Positions 58,015 to 64,000 of a stretch of 64,000 nucleotides of DNA are shown piece by piece (position 1 is the first letter of the stretch; each line of letters opens with the position of its first letter). The stretch spans positions 523,569 to 587,568 of the forward strand of contig BOLA01000001.1 in NCBI GenBank assembly GCA_016861265.1, read 5' to 3'. The notes beneath the pieces were generated by a model. That model was not told the origin of the DNA. It did no database searches and saw only the letters and a list, made by a program, of their open reading frames with translations. This stretch comes from Patescibacteria group bacterium (GTDB taxonomy: Bacteria; Patescibacteriota; Dojkabacteria; J137). The position numbers were made by a program, and so were the translations under genes.

Positions 58015-59458
58015 TCAAGACTACTCATTGCCCATGGAAGTTATTGATGAAATACTAAATGATAAGCAAGTTCGTAAGGAATTAATAAGAGAAAGTCATT
58101 ATTGGTTCTTTCATTTGTATTTCAGTGAATATGTGAAGTATTCAACGGCAGATTTTCAAAAGGAAATGTTCAAGATTACTGAAGATGATAAAGTCAAAAT
58201 GGCAGTGATTATTGCATTTAGAGGCTCGGCTAAATCAACAATTATGACTATGTCCTATCCTCTTTGGGCGATAATTGGAAAACAAAAAAGGAAGTGTGTA
58301 GTAATAATATCTCAAACTCAACAACAGGTCAGAACTCACTTTGCAAATTTAAAGCGTGAATTAGAAAGCAATGAAATTTTAAGAAACGATTTAGGTGCAT
58401 TAGAAGAAGAATCTGATGAATGGGGATCATATTCATTAGTCTTACCTAAATTTAATGCAAGACTTATTGCAGCATCAAGTGAGCAAAGTATCAGAGGAAT
58501 AAGGCATGGTGCAAATAGACCTGATCTAATAATTTGTGATGATGTTGAAGATATAAGTTCAGTGAAGACAAAAGAGGGTCGAGATAAAGCATATAACTGG
58601 CTATCAGGCGAAGTTATTCCCCTTGGTGATCAAAATACAAAAGTAATAATGATAGGAAATCTTCTACATGAAGACTCTTTGTTAATGAGATTAAAGAAGA
58701 AAATTACTGAAGAAAATATGAATGCAATATTCAAGGAGTATCCTATTGTTGATTCTGAAAATAATATTCTTTGGGAAAGTAAATTTAAGAACCTTGAGGA
58801 CATTGAGAATTTTAAAAAGATTATAGGAGATGATAAGGCTTGGCAAAGAGAATATATGTTAAAGATTATTCCGGAAGACGACCAACTAGTGTATAGAGAA
58901 TGGATTCAATATTATGATGAATTACCACAAAATACCAGTAGTTATAAATACACTATAATTGGTATTGATTTGGCAATTTCAACAAGTACATCTGCAGATT
59001 ACACAGCTATGATAACAGCGCATGTTTTTGGTTATCTAGAAAATCTTAAAGTATATATATTACCAAATATATTTAATAAGAGAATTGAATTCCCTGAAAT
59101 AGTCGATACCGTAAAACAAAAAGGTAGAGAAAAGTACTACAGCAGAAGACCAGAGATTTATATTGAAGATGTTGGATATCAAGCATCTGTAATACAAGCA
59201 CTGAAGAATCAGAGCTTAAATGTTAAAGGATTCAAAGTTCATGGTCAAGATAAACGAGCAAGGTTAAATTCCGTAACTCCATATATAAGATTTGGACAGG
59301 TCCTTTTTCCTAAGCAAGGAGCAGAAGAATTAATTCAACAGCTAGTCTATTTTGGTGTAGAGAAGCATGATGACCTAGTTGATGCATTTTCGATGCTAAT
59401 GATAAGAGTTTCAGAAAAAGATAGACCTGGTGTGCAAATTTTACCCTATTATTTCTAA
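57986..59458 (+). CDS. phage terminase large subunit (ATPase plus RNase-H-like nuclease)
   Basis: Walker A AFRGSAKST, Walker B PDLIICDDVED, C-terminal nuclease acidic residues (GIDLA...D...D). Confidence 0.6.
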   Translation: MMKMKKLQIDQDYSLPMEVIDEILNDKQVRKELIRESHYWFFHLYFSEYVKYSTADFQKEMFKITEDDKVKMAVIIAFRGSAKSTIMTMSYPLWAIIGKQKRKCVVIISQTQQQVRTHFANLKRELESNEILRNDLGALEEESDEWGSYSLVLPKFNARLIAASSEQSIRGIRHGANRPDLIICDDVEDISSVKTKEGRDKAYNWLSGEVIPLGDQNTKVIMIGNLLHEDSLLMRLKKKITEENMNAIFKEYPIVDSENNILWESKFKNLEDIENFKKIIGDDKAWQREYMLKIIPEDDQLVYREWIQYYDELPQNTSSYKYTIIGIDLAISTSTSADYTAMITAHVFGYLENLKVYILPNIFNKRIEFPEIVDTVKQKGREKYYSRRPEIYIEDVGYQASVIQALKNQSLNVKGFKVHGQDKRARLNSVTPYIRFGQVLFPKQGAEELIQQLVYFGVEKHDDLVDAFSMLMIRVSEKDRPGVQILPYYF

Positions 59459-59502
59459 TAAATAGCTGGACTTCATTTGATTGTAGCGGTACTGTCCTTG
59501 GT

Positions 59503-60831
59503 ATGAAAACAATTAACCAAGAACAAATCCGCTACTGCTTATATGCAAGAAAATCATCAGAATCAGATGAGAAACAAGCAATGAGTATTGATGGGCAACT
59601 TATGGAGATGAAGGCTCTAGCAAAACGAGAAAAGATTGAGATTATTGAAGTTATAACAGAAAGCCATTCAGCAAAAGAAACTGGTCAAAGACCTCAATTT
59701 AATTACTTGTTAGAGAATATTCAAAAGGGAAAATATAACGCCATAATTACTTGGGCACCAGATAGAATTTCTAGAAATGCAGGTGATCTTGGTCGAGTTG
59801 TTGATCTAATGGATCAAGGAAAGCTTCTATTTATCAAAACTCATTCTCAAACTTTCAGCAATAATCCAAATGAAAAGTTCTTATTGATGATTCTATGCTC
59901 TCAGGCAAAACTAGAGAATGATAATCGAGGTATTAATGTCAAAAGAGGTCTAAGGAATAAATGTAGCGTAGGAATTAGACCAGGTATGGCTCCGATTGGA
60001 TACTTGAATACAATGAAAGGAAATAGAATTGCATCTGTAGACTTAGACCCAGAACGAGCACCTATAATTAAAGAGATGTTTTATAAAGTTGCTAATCAAG
60101 GATATTCCGGTAGGATGGTTAAAAAATGGTTAGACAAACAAAACTTTCAAACAAAAAAAGGTTATAAATTAAGCTTAGGAAGAATTTATGTTGCTCTCAG
60201 TAATCCTTTTTATTATGGAGAATTTCAATATGGTAAGAAATGGTATAAGGGAATACATGAGCCTTTAATCTCCAAATATATTTTTGATAAAGTTCAAATT
60301 CAGCTGGAAGTTGTTCCAAGACAATGGAATAAGCAAGTCTTTCCATTTAAAAAGATTTGTAAGTGCGGTGGCTGTGGTGGAAGTGTTACAGCAGAAGTTA
60401 AATACAGAAGAACAAAGAAAGGAGTTATTAATACTCATATCTATTATCACTGCAATAGAGTTAGAGATTATGACTGTGACGAGCCATACATCACTGAGGA
60501 AGAGTTAATAAAACAACTAGTTACTTATTTACCGGAAATAAATTTAGACTCTAACTATTTATGGAGTGAATTAAATGATGAAATTAGAAGGTTAGATAAT
60601 TTAAAAGAAATTATTATAAAAAATAATGAAGCTCCTATTCAGTTAACTCTACCTAGAACTAAAGGAGAGATATTAATTTGTGAACAAAAATCAAATGAAT
60701 ATATACTACAAGAATATTTAGTTCACATACTTCAGTTTGGTACACCAGATGAAAGAATTAAAATCTTAAATGGAATAAAATCCCAGTTTAAATTAACAGA
60801 AAGAAAGCTAATTGTTAATAACAACATCTGA
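59503..60831 (+). CDS. large serine recombinase (resolvase/invertase N-terminal domain, recombinase domain, zinc ribbon)
   Basis: Catalytic-Ser motif YARKSSESDEKQ, DRISRN and a CKCGGCGG...YYHCNR zinc ribbon. Confidence 0.8.
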   Translation: MKTINQEQIRYCLYARKSSESDEKQAMSIDGQLMEMKALAKREKIEIIEVITESHSAKETGQRPQFNYLLENIQKGKYNAIITWAPDRISRNAGDLGRVVDLMDQGKLLFIKTHSQTFSNNPNEKFLLMILCSQAKLENDNRGINVKRGLRNKCSVGIRPGMAPIGYLNTMKGNRIASVDLDPERAPIIKEMFYKVANQGYSGRMVKKWLDKQNFQTKKGYKLSLGRIYVALSNPFYYGEFQYGKKWYKGIHEPLISKYIFDKVQIQLEVVPRQWNKQVFPFKKICKCGGCGGSVTAEVKYRRTKKGVINTHIYYHCNRVRDYDCDEPYITEEELIKQLVTYLPEINLDSNYLWSELNDEIRRLDNLKEIIIKNNEAPIQLTLPRTKGEILICEQKSNEYILQEYLVHILQFGTPDERIKILNGIKSQFKLTERKLIVNNNI

Positions 60832-60875
60832 TCTTATCAGAATCTTTTACAAAATAGAAAATATTAATTTTAAAA

Positions 60876-60892
60876 ACTCTTAGTATAAGAGT
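60876..60892. promoter_or_regulatory. 17-bp palindrome ACTCTTA-gta-TAAGAGT overlapping the -10 of the BlaI-like repressor gene (putative autoregulatory operator)
   Basis: Perfect inverted repeat immediately followed by TATAAT (60893-60898), 26 nt before the repressor ATG. Confidence 0.45.
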
Positions 60893-60923
60893 ATAATTCA
60901 TATTTAAATATCTAATATAAATT

Positions 60924-61298
60924 ATGCTTAAACTTACTGGAGATTTGGAACAAGAAATAATGAATATATTATGGGTTGATAGTGAACCTCTTATACCTTC
61001 TGTAATCCAATCCAGATTATCAAAAAAACTAGCCTATACCACTGTGAAGACAATATTAGAAAGACTTCATGATAAAGGCTTATTAAATAGACAGAAAAAA
61101 TCGGGTGTGTATTATTATAGTCCTAAAGTCTCAAAGGAAAGTTATGGTTCAAAAAGTTTAAGATCAGTTTTTAAAAACATTCTTGGATCTTATGGTAATT
61201 TAGCGATCTCTCAATTTATTGAATCTATAAAAGAAGAGCCTGAGAGTCTTGATCTATTAAAAAAATATTTAGAAGATGAGGAAAATAAATCAATATAA
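60924..61298 (+). CDS. BlaI/MecI/CopY-family transcriptional repressor
   Basis: Winged helix with LEQEIMNILW...TVKTILERLHDKGLL. Confidence 0.7.
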   Translation: MLKLTGDLEQEIMNILWVDSEPLIPSVIQSRLSKKLAYTTVKTILERLHDKGLLNRQKKSGVYYYSPKVSKESYGSKSLRSVFKNILGSYGNLAISQFIESIKEEPESLDLLKKYLEDEENKSI

Positions 61299-62259
61299 TC
61301 AACAAAAGAATATATCATTTTTTCTGTTACTGCTTTTAGGAACAACATATACAATTCTGATTGGAATTATTGTTACAAAAATACTACCTGGGTTTATTAT
61401 GCAACTGTTATATATTATAGATACAGTAAAACACGAGACTTACTTATTAGATCTGTTGACCTCTAAGGACTTTTACATATATTTAATAGGAGGTTTGGTT
61501 ATTTGTTACCTTCTAATTAGATATATTAAAGCAACAATTAGAATGGCTATTTCTATTGTGACTTCAAAAATATATACTGATTCCTTTACTTGGGTTCATA
61601 ATAACGAATATGTATTAATTGATTCAAGCGAATCACTTGCTTTTACTTCTGGGTTATTATTCCCCAAAATCTATATGTCGAATTCTCTAATAGATAAACT
61701 AAGCAAAGATGAACTAGAAAGTGTTCTCTTGCATGAAAAGCTGCATCAAAGTAACTACGATCCTTTAAGAAAATTAATCCAGGATTTCTTGTCAGACTTA
61801 ATACCTTTTATGCCTGATAAGAGCTTCATATTTCATAATTATAGTCTTCTTTCAGAGTTAAGTGCTGATTATAATTATATTAATATGAGAGGTAATAAGA
61901 AAAACCTTTTAAGTGCATTAGATAAAATGTTAAAACCAACAAAAGTGGTTATTAGGTTAAATATTAGTAATTTTTCGTTCAACCATGACAGAGTTAAGAT
62001 TCTATTAGAGAATGATAAGTTCAGAACTAAAAGATATTTTTCTTCGATTACATTTAATATATCATCTGTACTTATATTTTCTTTTATTCTTTTAAATTCA
62101 TCAATATTTATAGTTTGCAATAATATTGAAGAGTGTATCAATGCAGTAGTCTATACAACATATGATCCAGATCCAATGCCTTGTCTACAGTCATCATCAC
62201 AGTTTCACTGCAGTGTCTTTACTAAAAATCATCAAAAAAATTCGTCCACCTCTATATAA
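61276..62259 (+). CDS. BlaR1-like M56 peptidase-domain membrane protein (signal transducer/antirepressor), lacking a penicillin-binding sensor domain
   Basis: Transmembrane helices plus HEKLHQSNYD (HExxH...D zincin motif in the BlaR1 arrangement). C-terminus is a transmembrane segment plus a Cys-rich tail instead of a PBP domain. Confidence 0.6.
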   Translation: MRKINQYNQQKNISFFLLLLLGTTYTILIGIIVTKILPGFIMQLLYIIDTVKHETYLLDLLTSKDFYIYLIGGLVICYLLIRYIKATIRMAISIVTSKIYTDSFTWVHNNEYVLIDSSESLAFTSGLLFPKIYMSNSLIDKLSKDELESVLLHEKLHQSNYDPLRKLIQDFLSDLIPFMPDKSFIFHNYSLLSELSADYNYINMRGNKKNLLSALDKMLKPTKVVIRLNISNFSFNHDRVKILLENDKFRTKRYFSSITFNISSVLIFSFILLNSSIFIVCNNIEECINAVVYTTYDPDPMPCLQSSSQFHCSVFTKNHQKNSSTSI

Positions 62260-62322
62260 TCAATCTTTTCTTTCTGCTACAACTGTAGTAATATAAGTAA
62301 GTAATTTATTATTCACCTACTT

Positions 62323-63162
62323 ATGGCTCAAACTTCAAAAGATATTAAGGAGGAGATTATTACATTAAATATAACTCCATTCTTGACACCTATATCTTTA
62401 ATTTTCTCAGCTTTAATTATTTCTACAGGACTTTTCTTTGGTCTTAGTAATATTGCCAACAATCTTAAAGGCTTTAATGGAGTACAAGGTACTGCTAATA
62501 CACCACAAGCAGTCCAACCAAATCCTACTCAAACAAAGGTAGATATATCTCAAATAAAATCTCTTTTCAATAATAAGAACATTACCTTTGGAGATGAGAA
62601 TAGAAAATTACTTTTTGTTGAAGTTGCAGACCCAAGCTGTCCTTACTGTCATATTGCAGGTGGTAAAAATCCTGAATTAAATAAAAGTGTAGGAACTCAA
62701 TTTGTATTGCAACAAGATGGTGGTAGTTATATAGCGCCTATTCCTGAAATGAGAAAACTAGTTGATGAAGGAAAAGCCTCATTTGTATATATTTATACTA
62801 ATGGACATGGTAATGGCGAAATGGCAACACAAGCTCTTTACTGTGCTTATGAAAAAGGAAGGTTCTGGGAAGCTCATGATTTATTAATGTCATCATCGGG
62901 GTATTCGTTAATAAATGACAATGTAAAAAATGACAAATCAAAATCACAGGAATTAGCTAATTTCCTAAGTTCAGCAGTTAATACTAATGATATGAAATCA
63001 TGTTTAGATAGTGGAAAATATGCTAATAGAATTCAAGAAGATCAAGCTGTAGCCCAAAGCTTAGGTGTAACAGGAACTCCAGGATTCTTTATTAATGAAA
63101 CAAATTTTGCGGGAGCATATAGCTGGAAAGATATGGAAAGCATAGTTCAGTCATCATTATAA
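62323..63162 (+). CDS. DsbA-like thioredoxin-fold thiol:disulfide oxidoreductase, membrane-anchored
   Basis: CPYCH active site and an N-terminal transmembrane helix. Confidence 0.7.
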   Translation: MAQTSKDIKEEIITLNITPFLTPISLIFSALIISTGLFFGLSNIANNLKGFNGVQGTANTPQAVQPNPTQTKVDISQIKSLFNNKNITFGDENRKLLFVEVADPSCPYCHIAGGKNPELNKSVGTQFVLQQDGGSYIAPIPEMRKLVDEGKASFVYIYTNGHGNGEMATQALYCAYEKGRFWEAHDLLMSSSGYSLINDNVKNDKSKSQELANFLSSAVNTNDMKSCLDSGKYANRIQEDQAVAQSLGVTGTPGFFINETNFAGAYSWKDMESIVQSSL

Positions 63163-63175
63163 GAACTCTCTAAAT

Positions 63176-64000
63176 ATGAAGATTTTCGGGAATAACAATA
63201 GTTTAAGTAAAGGTTTTGAATATTTAGATAGCCAGAAATATTTCTATTTTGATTCTGCATGTCAAACCTTACGACCTCAGGAAGTAATAGATGCCGAAGT
63301 GGAATATTATAAAAAATTTAACGCCTGCGGTCACAGAGTTAAATATAAATGGGGTGAGATTGTAGATAAAAAAGTCCAAGAAACAAGAGACTCTATTCTT
63401 AAAATTGTCGGTAAGAATTCTAAAGAATATTCTGTTGGGTTTACATTAAATACTACATTTGGAATTAATACAGTTCTACATCAGATTAAGCCTAATAAAT
63501 TTAATCAAGTAGTTACATCTGAGATTGAACATAATTCTGTTTTTTTGCCATCAATAACTTACGCAAAGAAAAACAACTTAAAAGGGCTAATACTACCAAG
63601 AGATTTTCATGGAAATTTAGAATATTCTATTGAACAGATTAAAAATTCAATTGTTTTAGTAAATACTACTAGTAATATTGATGGAAGAAACCTCCTGAAT
63701 ATAAAAGAATTATGTAAGGATATTAAAAAGAATGGAAGTTTATTGCTTTTAGATGCATCTCAAACTTTTGGTCATAATATTCAGCTTTTAAAAGATGTTG
63801 ATTTTGATGCTTCATTTGGTTCAGGTCATAAAATGTATGGACCTAGTATTGGTTTTATTATTATAAGAAAAGAACTGTTAAAAGATCTTGATTACTTTTT
63901 TATTGGAGGTAGTACTGTGCAAGATGTACGTAAGTCAGACTTTGATCTTATTTCTGATGATTCAGAACTTTATGCACGAATTGAACCTGGTCTTCAAAAC
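63176..64000 (+). CDS. aminotransferase class V / cysteine desulfurase-like protein (3' end truncated by the window)
   Basis: PLP-lysine motif SGHKMYGP and EHNSV. The ORF runs off the window end. Confidence 0.7.
   Translation, partial: MKIFGNNNSLSKGFEYLDSQKYFYFDSACQTLRPQEVIDAEVEYYKKFNACGHRVKYKWGEIVDKKVQETRDSILKIVGKNSKEYSVGFTLNTTFGINTVLHQIKPNKFNQVVTSEIEHNSVFLPSITYAKKNNLKGLILPRDFHGNLEYSIEQIKNSIVLVNTTSNIDGRNLLNIKELCKDIKKNGSLLLLDASQTFGHNIQLLKDVDFDASFGSGHKMYGPSIGFIIIRKELLKDLDYFFIGGSTVQDVRKSDFDLISDDSELYARIEPGLQN

Larger units (their letters stand above)
56288..60831 (+). mobile_element. phage-derived module (ParB-methyltransferase, TerS, TerL, serine integrase) that looks like a prophage remnant or satellite-like element lacking structural genes
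   Basis: Gene content as listed above. No capsid, portal or tail genes in the window. The integrase sits at the right edge, next to core-like genes. Confidence 0.45.

Noticed and set aside
1-64000. Alternative genetic code (UGA as Trp or Gly, as in Mycoplasma or Gracilibacteria/SR1)
   Set aside because: Standard-code ORFs are long and intact (for example 1230 aa and 740 aa without an internal TGA). Genes such as the sigma factor (333) terminate on TGA with the expected C-terminus. Only one locus (11182) shows an in-frame TGA.
1-64000. CRISPR arrays or cas genes
   Set aside because: No regularly spaced direct repeats of 24-40 nt were seen anywhere in the window. The DUF2779-like Cas4-type nuclease is not accompanied by cas1/cas2.

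Overview
The window is AT-rich (roughly one-third GC by eye) bacterial chromosome containing the replication origin. dnaA (23611-25017, -) and dnaN (19428-20576, -) are both present, with DnaA-box clusters in the flanking intergenic regions. Standard genetic code applies: long ORFs are intact and TGA serves as a stop codon. Gene content is small and streamlined, and the tyrosyl-tRNA synthetase is of the archaeal/eukaryotic type; this fits an uncultivated low-GC lineage, possibly Patescibacteria/CPR (weak inference).

Core genes on the left two-thirds are listed in the features: translation (tyrS, rpsT, rsmI, tsaD, argS), replication (holA, dnaN, dnaA, yidD, ftsK), stress and metabolism (comM/yifB-like, sodA, ApbE, dnaJ), cell envelope (mscL, MacAB-like ABC efflux, glycosyltransferases, Amidase_2/SH3b, FemAB pair), and a rhomboid protease.

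The right third (about 45.5-60.9 kb) is an accessory island. It begins at a noncanonical tRNA-like gene. It carries a PD-(D/E)xK nuclease, a protein with many zinc ribbons, a DUF2779-like nuclease, a 1230-aa SNF2-family helicase with a long C-terminal tandem-repeat domain, and a conserved hypothetical protein. This is followed by a phage-derived module with a ParB-nuclease/DNA-methyltransferase fusion, terminase small and large subunits, and a large serine recombinase. The SNF2 and nuclease cluster is the best candidate for a novel phage-defence system in this window.

Four further observations are noteworthy. A GC-rich structured element lies at 54678-54848. A GC-rich anomalous ORF or RNA lies at 32897-33308, upstream of dnaJ. 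A four-gene cassette that includes a transglutaminase-like protein is inserted between dnaA and dnaN. An alpha/beta-hydrolase gene is interrupted by an in-frame TGA.
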